Shown here: piece by piece, positions 1-8,403 of the stretch
How positions within the stretch are numbered: position 1 is the stretch's first letter
Layout of the letters: every line of letters starts with the position of its first letter
Sequence record: DRR378314_33
DNA length: 33,020 nucleotides
Strand: one strand, 5' to 3'
The notes under the pieces: model-generated
The model's input: the letters and a program-made list of their open reading frames with translations, nothing else
What the model was told of the DNA's origin: nothing
The model's database searches: none
Program-made: the position numbers and the translations under genes

Positions 1-465
1 TTCACCCACATAACCGGCTTCGGTCAGTGTGGTCGCATCCGCCATTGTGAAGGGAACGTCCAATATGCGCGCCAATGTCTGCGCCAGCAAAGTTTTACCG
101 CAACCGGTTGGGCCGACCAACAGAATATTGGATTTCGCCAATTCCACATCATCGGACTTTGAACTGTGGTGTAGCCGTTTGTAATGATTATGCACCGCAA
201 CAGCCAGAACCTTCTTGGCATGTTTTTGGCCAATCACATAATCGTCCAATACACTATTGATTTCACTTGGAGAGGGAACACCATCGCTGGATTTCACCAG
301 TGTGCTCTTGTGCTCTTCCCGAATAATGTCCATGCAAAGTTCAACACATTCATCACAGATGAATACTGTGGGCCCGGCAATCAGCTTTCTGACTTCATGC
401 TGGCTTTTGCCACAGAATGAACAATACAAGGTATTCTTCGAATCTCCGCCACTTAGTTTGGTCAT
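1..465 (-). CDS. clpX: ATP-dependent Clp protease ATP-binding subunit ClpX (5' part; runs off the window start)
   Basis: Not in the ORF track. Manual translation from ATG at 465 gives [44 protein letters not shown] (C4 zinc finger), then [32 protein letters not shown] (Walker A) and [20 protein letters not shown] at 471-474; downstream of clpP. Confidence 0.98.
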   Translation of the reverse strand, partial: MTKLSGGDSKNTLYCSFCGKSQHEVRKLIAGPTVFICDECVELCMDIIREEHKSTLVKSSDGVPSPSEINSVLDDYVIGQKHAKKVLAVAVHNHYKRLHHSSKSDDVELAKSNILLVGPTGCGKTLLAQTLARILDVPFTMADATTLTEAGYVGE

Positions 466-670
466 AGACACTCCAATTAATCGTTGGACATTACATTTTA
501 GCTATCGACTACGCTATCCACAACAATAATGTTAAAATCTTATGCGAATTGCTGCAATGTCCACAAGTCGGCTCATCAGCCAGTCCTAGCTGATCCGCCT
601 CAATTTTCCGTTAACATAATCCTTACACAAGACAGTCAACACGGCTGAAAGGTGAGAAATAAATTCTCAA

Positions 671-1312
671 TTACTCACCGTCAGAACTCTTCTCATCTGA
701 TCCAATCCGCTTTGCAACAACGTCATCGATCAGGCCGAATTCCTTGGCTTCCTCAGCCGTCATGAAGTTATCCCGTTCCATGGACCGCTCGATAACTTCA
801 AGAGGTTGACCTGTATGTTGAACATAAAGGTCATTCAGCCGCGCCCGGACCTTCAGGATTTCACGAGCCTGGATTTCAATATCCGTTGCCTGGCCTTGCG
901 CTCCGCCGGATGGCTGATGGATCATCACACGGGCATTCGGAAGCGCAAAACGCTGACCCTTGGCACCGGCAGTCAACAGGAAGGAGCCCATAGAGGCCGC
1001 CTGCCCGATACAGACAGTGGAGATTTCCGGTCTGATATACTGCATGGTGTCATACATAGCGAGACCGGATGTCACGACACCACCCGGTGAATTAATATAC
1101 ATGTTAATGGGTTTGTTCGGATTTTCCGCTTCCAGAAATAAAAGCTGAGCGGTAATCAGGCTGGCCATGCCATCATGCACCTGCCCTGTGACAAAGATAA
1201 TTCTTTCCTTCAACAAACGTGAATAAATGTCATATGAACGCTCTCCGCGGGCGGTCTGTTCGACAACCATCGGGATCAGGGTGTTCATATACGTATCAAT
1301 CACATCAGCCAT
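671..1312 (-). CDS. clpP: ATP-dependent Clp protease proteolytic subunit ClpP
   Basis: [42 protein letters not shown] (catalytic Ser), MIHQPSGG (His), MERDNFM (Asp). Confidence 0.99.
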   Translation of the reverse strand: MADVIDTYMNTLIPMVVEQTARGERSYDIYSRLLKERIIFVTGQVHDGMASLITAQLLFLEAENPNKPINMYINSPGGVVTSGLAMYDTMQYIRPEISTVCIGQAASMGSFLLTAGAKGQRFALPNARVMIHQPSGGAQGQATDIEIQAREILKVRARLNDLYVQHTGQPLEVIERSMERDNFMTAEEAKEFGLIDDVVAKRIGSDEKSSDGE

Positions 1313-1326
1313 TACACATTTTCCTC

Positions 1327-1382
1327 AAAAAAAATAGGTGGTCATTTCAATGTGCACATTGCCGCTGAAATTTCCACCTATT
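1327..1382 (-). terminator. Intrinsic terminator-like hairpin between tig and clpP
   Basis: AATAGGTGG(1333-1341)/CCACCTATT(1374-1382) plus inner ATTTCA/TGAAAT stem; T-run follows on the minus strand (A-run 1327-1334). Confidence 0.65.
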
Positions 1383-1413
1383 AAACAAAAAATTTTATTT
1401 TGAATCTGAAAAC

Positions 1414-2886
1414 TTATTTGTCAGATTTTTTTGCCGCCGTTTTCTTGGGAGCTGCTTTCTTTTTTGCAGCAGGCTTTTTCTCGCCTTCATCCTTGGCATC
1501 AGCTTTTTTCTTAGGAGCCGCTTTCTTCTTTGGGGCTGCTTTTTTCTTCGCCTTTGGCTTTTCGTTGTCCTCAGGGTCTGCAGTCAGCTCTTCAAAAGAA
1601 ACTTTCTTCTCGGCAACCGTTGCCAGTTCCGCGATGAAATCAACAACCTTGTCTTCAAAGATTGGGGCTCTCAGTGAATTTTGCATTTCCGGGTTCTGCT
1701 GGAACATCTCGAAGACCTGCTGTTCCTGACCAGGATAATTGCGCGCTTGGGCCATCATGGCTTGCTGGACTTCTTCATTGCTGACATCAATGTTATTGAT
1801 GCGACCAACTTCAGCCAGCAAAAGACCAAGGCGAACCCGGCGCTCAGCAATTGTCTGATATTCAGCTTTCAGCTCATCCTCAGACTGGTCCTGATCTTCA
1901 AGTTTTTCGCCAGCACGTTCCAATTCCTGCTGGAACTGCTCCCAGATGCTATTGAATTCAGACTCAGCCATTCCCGGAGGAACGTCAAAATCATGCATGT
2001 CAGCCAAGGCATCCAGCATGCTACGTTTCAGGGTCTGACGAGATAACTGGTCATAGTCTTCCTGAATACGGCCACGGATGTTGTCTTTCAGGGTAGCCAA
2101 ATCATCAAGACCAAGTTTCTTGGCAAACTCATCGTCAATTTCAACGTCGGCAGCTTCCTGAACTTCATGAACGGTGACATCAAAAACCGCGTCTTTACCG
2201 GCCAGATGCTCAGCACCATAATTTTCAGGGAAAGTTACTTTGACAGAAACCTCGTCGCCACCTTTGGCGCCAATCAACTGCTCTTCAAAGCCGGGAATAA
2301 ACTGATTAGACCCAAGTTCAAGCTGATGCCCTTCAGCAGAGCCACCTTCGAACGCTTCGCCATCGACCTTGCCAACAAAGTCCATCAGAACCGCATCACC
2401 TTCTTTGGATTTGCGGTTGCGAGCGACTTTCTTGAAGTTTTTCTGGGAGCCAGCAATCTGCTGCAGCGCTTCATCAACTTTATCGTCTTCAACGTCTGTG
2501 ACCTGTTTTTCAAGCTTCAGCTTGGAAAAATCACCCGGATCAAAATCAGGCATGACTTCCAGCTCAATTGTGAATTCCAGATCCTGGCCATCTTCGAACT
2601 TGGTGATTTCGATTTTTGGCTGCTGTGCTGGACGAAGATCATTTTCTTCCAGAACGGACTGGCTCGCTTCATTAACGGTGCCTTCCAGGACCTCACCCAT
2701 TACGCTTTTCCCAAAACGCTGGCGTAAAATGGTCATTGGAACTTTACCAGGACGAAAACCGGGAAGACGGACCTGACCACCAACTTCAACCAATTTTTCT
2801 GTGACTTTGCCTTCAATTTCCGTCGCATCAACTACGACTGTGAAATCCCGTTTCAGCCCTTCAGAGCTAGTTTGAGTAACCTGCAT
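1414..2886 (-). CDS. tig: Trigger factor with Lys/Ala/Pro-rich C-terminal tail
   Basis: Ribosome-binding signature LPGFRPGKVP, FKBP-type domain (FEGGSAEGHQLELGSNQFIPGFEEQLIG), ERRVRLGLLLAE; canonical tig-clpP-clpX order. Confidence 0.99.
   Translation of the reverse strand: MQVTQTSSEGLKRDFTVVVDATEIEGKVTEKLVEVGGQVRLPGFRPGKVPMTILRQRFGKSVMGEVLEGTVNEASQSVLEENDLRPAQQPKIEITKFEDGQDLEFTIELEVMPDFDPGDFSKLKLEKQVTDVEDDKVDEALQQIAGSQKNFKKVARNRKSKEGDAVLMDFVGKVDGEAFEGGSAEGHQLELGSNQFIPGFEEQLIGAKGGDEVSVKVTFPENYGAEHLAGKDAVFDVTVHEVQEAADVEIDDEFAKKLGLDDLATLKDNIRGRIQEDYDQLSRQTLKRSMLDALADMHDFDVPPGMAESEFNSIWEQFQQELERAGEKLEDQDQSEDELKAEYQTIAERRVRLGLLLAEVGRINNIDVSNEEVQQAMMAQARNYPGQEQQVFEMFQQNPEMQNSLRAPIFEDKVVDFIAELATVAEKKVSFEELTADPEDNEKPKAKKKAAPKKKAAPKKKADAKDEGEKKPAAKKKAAPKKTAAKKSDK
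1417..1565 (-). repeat. Coding low-complexity repeat (KKKAAP-type) at the tig 3' end
   Basis: KPKAKKKAAPKKKAAPKKKADAKDEGEKKPAAKKKAAPKKTAAKKSDK; KKKAAP occurs three times. Confidence 0.9.
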
Positions 2887-2960
2887 GAACGATTGCCCGT
2901 CAGTTTTTTTGAGTCATATTGCAAATACGACCGGCCCTGAGGCCAGTCGTTTCGAATTCT

Positions 2961-3044
2961 TGGTGCGGGTAGAGGGAGTCGAACCCCCACACACTAGGTA
3001 CTGGTACCTAAAACCAGCGCGTCTACCAATTCCGCCATACCCGC
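2961..3044 (-). tRNA. tRNA-Leu(TAG)
   Basis: Reverse complement GCGGGTATGGCGGAATTGGTAGACGCGCTGGTTTTAGGTACCAG...GGTTCGACTCCCTCTACCCGCACCA: anticodon arm CTGGT-TTTAGGT-ACCAG, long variable arm, encoded CCA; usual position upstream of tig. Confidence 0.97.
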
Positions 3045-3116
3045 ATGCTATTTCTACATCACTTTCATGATGTCCAAGAGGCGCAGTTTTCCCACACCCT
3101 TGCCTTGGAGCGGCGT

Positions 3117-3145
3117 TCTATAGCACATCATTTCCAGCTATGCAT
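3117..3145 (-). promoter_or_regulatory. Putative sigma70 promoter for tRNA-Leu/tig
   Basis: Minus strand ATGCAT-N17-TATAGA followed by GC-rich ACGCCGC discriminator. Confidence 0.55.
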
Positions 3146-3229
3146 AGGGGAATTCGTCGAAAAGGGGGAAGAAATCGCAAAATATTAAAAAAAATCTGAA
3201 ATTTGGCCGTCAAAATGCGGTTCAGCCAT

Positions 3230-3265
3230 AAAAAAAAGCGACCCATAAGGATCGCCGTTTTTTTT
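3230..3265. terminator. Bidirectional intrinsic terminator-like hairpin
   Basis: A-run, GCGACCC-ATAA-GGATCGC stem-loop, then T-run; just downstream of the 3290-3529 ORF. Confidence 0.75.
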
Positions 3266-3289
3266 GGTTGTGACTAACAGGGACTTAGA

Positions 3290-3529
3290 TCAGTTGACCT
3301 GAAAATCTTTGGCAAATGTATCCAGTGACAGGACTCTGACACCTGCCGGTTCCTTATAACAGCTGCCGATTAACGTCCGCTCAAAATGAACATGGGAAAT
3401 ACCCTGGTTATCTTCTGAGACATAAAGAACGCGAGCTTCCTCGCGGGCGTTGACTCTCATTGTACGGAGGAAAATTGCCCCTTGGGAAATTTTCTCCTTT
3501 ATATCCGATTTTTTGAACAGCATTTTCAA
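3290..3529 (-). CDS. Small hypothetical protein (77-79 aa)
   Basis: Fills the intergenic gap and has its own terminator; alternative ATG at 3523. Sequence (ARVLYVSEDNQGISHVHFE...RVLSLDTFAKDF) looks protein-like. Confidence 0.7.
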   Translation of the reverse strand: MKMLFKKSDIKEKISQGAIFLRTMRVNAREEARVLYVSEDNQGISHVHFERTLIGSCYKEPAGVRVLSLDTFAKDFQVN

Positions 3530-3633
3530 TCCAACTCATCAAGTACTTTGACTATGTTGTTCATTCTTATACATAAAAAGTAAACAAACCCTTTACAGTC
3601 GAATTACTGGTTAATACTTTTAAATCGGCGCCC

Positions 3634-5103
3634 TTATTGAAGTTCCCGATATATTCTGGGGATTTGCTTTTCAATATCTTCTGCGATCAGCCCGGGGCCA
3701 AATTGATAACCTGCCTCCCCGTGGATCCACGTGGCCGCCGCGGCTGCAAATAACGGCTCCATCCCTGCGCCGATAAGACCTGTAATGATTCCGGCCAACG
3801 CATCGCCGGAGCCCGCCGTTGCAAGCCATGGCGGCGCATGGGTATTGATGACGGCATCGCCATCGGGGGCTGCAATCACTGTACTACTGCCTTTTAAGAG
3901 CACAAAGGCGCCGCTTAAGGCGGCGGCGGACCGGCACCGGCTGAGGGCATCCCCGTCCAGATCGAACAAACGATTAAACTCGGCTTCATGCGGTGTCAGT
4001 ACGACTTCCGCTCCGGGTTTATCATGAATTAAGGTAAAGAGCATCTCTGGTTCATTCTGAAACGCGGTTAAAGCATCCGCATCCAAAATTACAGCCGCTT
4101 CGGTTTCAAGGGCACTCTTTACAGCCGCATGGGTTCGGTCAGTGACCCCATTTCCAGGGCCAATTAACAGCGCTGAAATTCGCCGTCCCTGAATAAAGGA
4201 CGATAGAGCATCTGCACCATCAACTGAGGCAACCATCACGGCTTCCATTGCCCCGGCATACGTAGTGAGTGCAGATGGTGGACTAAGGAGGGTTACGGCC
4301 CCTGCCCCTGCTCTCAACGCAGCTCTGGCAGCAATACGGGCGGCACCCGTACTCGAAATCCCGCCACCCAGTATGGCTGAGTGACCGCGGCTGTATTTAT
4401 GGCCGGTCGGCATTGCCACCGGAAATTCTCTGTCCCAAACCTCTGGGCTATTATGGATCGTTCGGCAATCCATTTGCGTCAACACAGATATGGGTATCCC
4501 GATATCCACCACTTCCAGTCGTCCGCAAATACCGCGCCCAGGGTAGAGAAGATGGCCTGCTTTTGGCCGGCAAAAGGTAACGGTCAGGGAGGCTGCCGGT
4601 GTTCCGGGTGAAACCGTTCCCGTATTGCCATCCAAACCGGATGGGACATCTACGGCCACGCAGTCAAGCCGGGTTTGCAGTGTCGTAAATAGATCCTGCA
4701 ATTCTTTGGGTAGTATTCCTCGAAAACCGGCGCCAAAAATGGCATCAACAAAAATACCGGTCGGTGGAATTTCCACATCTGAAATTGCCCGCCCCTGGAG
4801 CGGACATTGGTCGCGCATATGCGCTGCATCGCCGGTCAATTTGTCAGCGTCGCCGTAAACACCAACCGTAACCGGCCAATCGGCTTCCTTTAGATGGCGG
4901 GTGATCACGTAGCCATCACCGCCGTTATTGCCGGGCCCGCACAGAATAAGCACCGGGCATCTATCCCAATTCTCTGTAATATGGGCGGCGACCTGGGCAC
5001 CGGCAGTCTCCATAAGCTGCGCGCCCGCAATGCCGCCCTCGATGGTCAGTCGATCAACCTCATACATCTCAGGGATTGAGAGGATTTCAGGGCCCTGCCA
5101 CAT
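3634..5103 (-). CDS. nnr: Bifunctional NAD(P)H-hydrate epimerase/dehydratase (YjeF/Nnr)
   Basis: CGPGNNGGDG, VDAIFGAG, AVDVPSG (YjeF_N); HKYSRGH, LDADAL, LTPHEAEF, LATAGSGDALAG (carbohydrate kinase-like domain). Start moved to ATG 5103 to avoid overlap with the amidase. Confidence 0.95.
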   Translation of the reverse strand: MWQGPEILSIPEMYEVDRLTIEGGIAGAQLMETAGAQVAAHITENWDRCPVLILCGPGNNGGDGYVITRHLKEADWPVTVGVYGDADKLTGDAAHMRDQCPLQGRAISDVEIPPTGIFVDAIFGAGFRGILPKELQDLFTTLQTRLDCVAVDVPSGLDGNTGTVSPGTPAASLTVTFCRPKAGHLLYPGRGICGRLEVVDIGIPISVLTQMDCRTIHNSPEVWDREFPVAMPTGHKYSRGHSAILGGGISSTGAARIAARAALRAGAGAVTLLSPPSALTTYAGAMEAVMVASVDGADALSSFIQGRRISALLIGPGNGVTDRTHAAVKSALETEAAVILDADALTAFQNEPEMLFTLIHDKPGAEVVLTPHEAEFNRLFDLDGDALSRCRSAAALSGAFVLLKGSSTVIAAPDGDAVINTHAPPWLATAGSGDALAGIITGLIGAGMEPLFAAAAATWIHGEAGYQFGPGLIAEDIEKQIPRIYRELQ

Positions 5104-5107
5104 TGGG

Positions 5108-6523
5108 TTATCCCAACTTTTCCATGTCAGGTCGAATGCGCGCCCCGTCAAACGCAGCTTCAAAAGCCAGCGCCGCAGACAATACCATTTCATCTTTATG
5201 CATTGGGCCAACAATTTGCAGCCCCACCGGCAACCCATTTTCCGCCACCCCGCAAGGGATCGAACAGGCCGGTTGCTGAGTCAAATTGAACGGATAACTA
5301 AACGGTGTCCAGCCCGCCCAATCGGAGGCTTCTACACCGTTAAAATCCGGACCAAGCTTGCCAACATCGAAAGCGGTGACCGCCAGTGAGGGCGTCACCA
5401 ACAGATCATAGGTTTCATGAAATTTCCGCATCTTCGCGCCCAATTCAGCCCTTGCTAAATTTGCATCGAACAAATCACTGGTCGAGATCTTGGATCCTTT
5501 TTCAAAAACCGTCTGCAATCCGGGGTCCAACAGCGCCCTGGATTTTTCATCAGCAGATTTTAGGGCGTACCAGGCGCCGCTTTGCCACAAGGTGCCAAAC
5601 ATCTCCAACGGGCAGTCAAATCCCGGGTCAATTTCAATAACTTCTGCGCCTAATTCCCGCAAACACTCAACAGCTTTATCGACGGCTGCGGCAACACCTG
5701 GCTCAACATCTGCATAACCAAGATCACGGCTATAGGCTATTTTTCGCCCTTCAAACGTCATTGGTTTTAAATCGCGATATCGCAAATCGGTTTCAGGCAA
5801 AGAGTACCAGTCGCGGCTATCATATCCTTTGATGACATCCAGCATCAGACAGGCATCGGCAACTGAGCGGGTCATGGGCCCGACGTGGGATACGGTCCCA
5901 AAGGCAGATGCAGGCCAAACCGGAACCCGGCCGAAACTGGGCTTCAATCCGAAGATACCGGCGAATGCAGCGGGAATTCGAACTGATCCCCCACCGTCGG
6001 TTCCGGTATGCAGCACACCCATACCAGCCGCACAGGCCGAGGAAGCACCGCCACTGGACCCCCCCGGTGTTTTTTCCGGGTTCCAGGGATTGCGGGTAAT
6101 GCCGGTCAGGGGGCTATCGGTGACCCCTTTCCAGCCGAATTCCGGGGTTGTTGTTTTCCCCAAGAATACGGCACCCGCTTCGCGCAATCGTTCAGTGCCG
6201 GGGGAATCCTCGGACCAGTCGCCTGCAGGATCAACCAGCTTGGAGCCTTTCAACGTGGGCATTCCTTTGGCCAGCATGACATCCTTGATGGTGGTTGGAA
6301 TTCCGTCCAACAACCCAATTGGGTTTCCGCTTCGCCATCTGGCTTCAGAAGCCTTTGCAGACTTTAACGCCCCTTCAGGGTCCAGTTGCACAAATGCATT
6401 GAGGATAGGGTTATACCGATCAATCTGGGCCAGGGCCGCTTTTGTTGCCTCGACCGGGGACGCTTTGCCGGTGCGGTAAAGCTCTATCAGTTCAACCGCT
6501 GTTGTAAATGTTAAATCTGACAT
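5108..6523 (-). CDS. Amidase signature family enzyme
   Basis: GIPTTIKD (Lys), PGGSSGG, GTDGGGSVRIPAAFAGIFGLKPS (Ser-cisSer-Lys triad), GLPVGLQIVG. Confidence 0.95.
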   Translation of the reverse strand: MSDLTFTTAVELIELYRTGKASPVEATKAALAQIDRYNPILNAFVQLDPEGALKSAKASEARWRSGNPIGLLDGIPTTIKDVMLAKGMPTLKGSKLVDPAGDWSEDSPGTERLREAGAVFLGKTTTPEFGWKGVTDSPLTGITRNPWNPEKTPGGSSGGASSACAAGMGVLHTGTDGGGSVRIPAAFAGIFGLKPSFGRVPVWPASAFGTVSHVGPMTRSVADACLMLDVIKGYDSRDWYSLPETDLRYRDLKPMTFEGRKIAYSRDLGYADVEPGVAAAVDKAVECLRELGAEVIEIDPGFDCPLEMFGTLWQSGAWYALKSADEKSRALLDPGLQTVFEKGSKISTSDLFDANLARAELGAKMRKFHETYDLLVTPSLAVTAFDVGKLGPDFNGVEASDWAGWTPFSYPFNLTQQPACSIPCGVAENGLPVGLQIVGPMHKDEMVLSAALAFEAAFDGARIRPDMEKLG

Positions 6524-6666
6524 AAATGCACCCCGCCATTGTTATTAATTAACTCAACCATAGTCAGTGTTGGTTTTGGGTTCAATAGTCGCCTTGTTTC
6601 TGCCATTGTCTTTGGCCAGTTACCAATGGCTAACCTGTTTATAGATAGAAATCCGGCTCCCAACCT

Positions 6667-6927
6667 ATGGCTGACCAAAAGACCACAAATAGATTAAAAG
6701 AAAAAGTCAAAATCCCGGCGAACAAATTGCACCGGCAAATCCTTGGATGGGCACTGGTGCTGGGCGGGGCTTTAGGTTTTCTGCCCGTGGTTGGGTTCTG
6801 GATGCTGCCGTTGGGTGTTGTGATCTTATCCGTAGACTATCCTATCGCCCGGCGGCTTAAACGGCGGGTAGAAGTCTGGTGGGGGCGCCGTCAGAAATAT
6901 CGCCGCAATAAGCGCCAGATTGATTAG
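6667..6927 (+). CDS. Small membrane protein with basic C-tail (PGPGW-like family resemblance)
   Basis: Hydrophobic hairpin GWALVLGGALGFLPVVGFWMLPLGVVILSVD followed by Arg-rich RRLKRRVEVWWGRR. Confidence 0.8.
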   Translation: MADQKTTNRLKEKVKIPANKLHRQILGWALVLGGALGFLPVVGFWMLPLGVVILSVDYPIARRLKRRVEVWWGRRQKYRRNKRQID

Positions 6928-6975
6928 TGAGAAAAAGGCCGCCCCTGAAATCGGGCACACCTCTGTTCAGGCAAC

Positions 6976-7015
6976 AAAAAACCCCCGAAAAGCAGGTGCC
7001 TTTCAAGGGGTTGTT
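6976..7015 (-). terminator. Terminator hairpin downstream of tRNA-His (possibly bidirectional)
   Basis: AACCCC..GAAA.GCA / TGC.TTTC..GGGGTT imperfect stem with A-run at 6976-6981. Confidence 0.65.
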
Positions 7016-7093
7016 TGGGGCGAATGACCGGGATTGAACCGGCGACCTCCTGAGTCACAGTCAGGCGCTCTAACCAACTGAGCTACATTCGCC
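7016..7093 (-). tRNA. tRNA-His(GTG) with encoded G-1 and C73
   Basis: Reverse complement G-GCGAATG-TAGCTCAGTTGGTTAGAGC-G-CCTGA-CTGTGAC-TCAGG-AGGTC-GCCGG-TTCAATC-CCGGT-CATTCGC-C-CCA. Confidence 0.97.
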
Positions 7094-7108
7094 ATAAAAG
7101 TGGCGCCT

Positions 7109-7137
7109 TATTTAGCTTCCATCCGAAGCCGGGTCAA
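7109..7137 (-). promoter_or_regulatory. Sigma70 promoter of tRNA-His
   Basis: Minus strand TTGACC-N17-TAAATA, then GC-rich AGGCGCC; about 15 nt upstream of the tRNA. Confidence 0.7.
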
Positions 7138-7147
7138 GGCGCTTTCT

Positions 7148-8317
7148 TCATTTAGGATTAAAAAAATCATCCAGCTTCTGAATTGCTTCGGTCAAGACAT
7201 CTTCGCGTTTACAAAAACAGAACCGGACAAAATTGGTTTTGGCCCCTTTTGACGCATAAAAGGCACTTACCGGAACGGCGGCAACTCCAACCTCTGTCGT
7301 GATCAACCGACAGAACTCCACATCTGTTCCGTCAAAACCAATAGAGTTGATATCAACATTGAGGAAATAGGTCCCATCACAATCAGCTGTCTCAAACCCG
7401 ATTTCATGCAGGCCATTTCGAAACAGATCCCGCTTTCCCTGCATACTGTCTTTTAGATTCTCATAAAACAGGTCGTCTTTATTCAATCCAAACGCAACAG
7501 CATTTTGTAACGCAGGTGGCGTGGTGAAGGTGATGAACTGATGAGATTTGGCAATTCGCGCAATCAATTCATCCGCACCTGTTATATAGCCTACCTTCCA
7601 TCCGGTCAGGGAAAAGGTTTTACCGGCGGAACCAATGCGAACCGTTCGATCTCCCATCCCAGGCAGGGTCACCAAGGGAATATGCGAATTCAGCCCAAAG
7701 ACGATATGTTCATACACTTCATCGCAAACGGCATAGGCATCACTTTCCTGAACAACTTCGGCCAACAGCTCCAGTTCTTCAAAAGTGAAAACCTTACCCG
7801 TCGGGTTCATAGGGTTATTCAACAGGATAAGCTTGGTTTTCTCTGAAAAGGCTGCCCTCAAGCGATCTTCTTCCAATTCCCAATGCGGGGGATCCAGGCG
7901 AACGAATTTGGGAATGCCCCCTGCCCTTAAGACAAGCGGCAAATAACAGTCATATAACGGCTCCAGCAGGACAACTTCATCGCCGGGGTTGATCAACGCC
8001 ATCAGGCAATCTGCCAACGCTTCGGTCGCTCCGCTGGTGACCAGAACACCCGTTTCGGGCTCAACCGCAATCCCGTAAAATCGATGGTTGGCATCTGTCA
8101 CCGCCTGACGAAGCTCCATGGTGCCCATCATCGGCGGATACTGATTGGGACCCTCCATCAGGCCTTTGGCAGCCATTGCACGGATATCTTCCGGCCCGTC
8201 TTCATCTGGAAACCCTTGTCCCAGGTTAATTGCCTTATGCTCAATCGCCAGTTTGGACATGACCTCAAAGATGGTTGTCCCAAATGCAGATAAGACATCA
8301 TTTGCCTGCTTTACCAT
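7148..8317 (-). CDS. PLP-dependent class I/II aminotransferase (YbdL/DapC-like)
   Basis: TTIFEVMSKLA, AINLGQGFPD, LNNPMNPTG, CDEVYEHI, SAGKTFSLTGWKVGY (PLP Lys), VRFCFCK. Confidence 0.93.
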   Translation of the reverse strand: MVKQANDVLSAFGTTIFEVMSKLAIEHKAINLGQGFPDEDGPEDIRAMAAKGLMEGPNQYPPMMGTMELRQAVTDANHRFYGIAVEPETGVLVTSGATEALADCLMALINPGDEVVLLEPLYDCYLPLVLRAGGIPKFVRLDPPHWELEEDRLRAAFSEKTKLILLNNPMNPTGKVFTFEELELLAEVVQESDAYAVCDEVYEHIVFGLNSHIPLVTLPGMGDRTVRIGSAGKTFSLTGWKVGYITGADELIARIAKSHQFITFTTPPALQNAVAFGLNKDDLFYENLKDSMQGKRDLFRNGLHEIGFETADCDGTYFLNVDINSIGFDGTDVEFCRLITTEVGVAAVPVSAFYASKGAKTNFVRFCFCKREDVLTEAIQKLDDFFNPK

Positions 8318-8403
8318 TCCCGCCCCTAATCTCCCCTTGCAGTCAGCGCGCTATCAGGCATATCTTCACACGAAATTTCACGCAAGTCTTTAGGGAAATT
8401 GTC

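Noticed and set aside
1400..1729. Phe/Ala-rich apparent membrane protein on the plus strand
   Set aside because: Antisense image of the Lys/Ala repeat tail of tig.
2887..2960. Integrative element at the 3' end of tRNA-Leu (also checked tRNA-His near 7016)
   Set aside because: No integrase, and I saw no duplicated tRNA 3' end (att site) in the window; the flanking genes are housekeeping.
5104..5238. N-terminal extension of nnr in the ORF track; likewise 8275-8403, 12356-12433, 22615-22662, 25229-25279 and 25923-26063
   Set aside because: These overlap neighbouring genes or promoter regions; downstream starts match the family N-termini and mostly have better SDs.
5829..6479. Long antisense ORFs (216 aa here; also 2167-2727, 9109-9627, 16227-16709, 22588-23091, 29129-29629)
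   Set aside because: Shadow frames of well-supported genes with no recognisable motifs.
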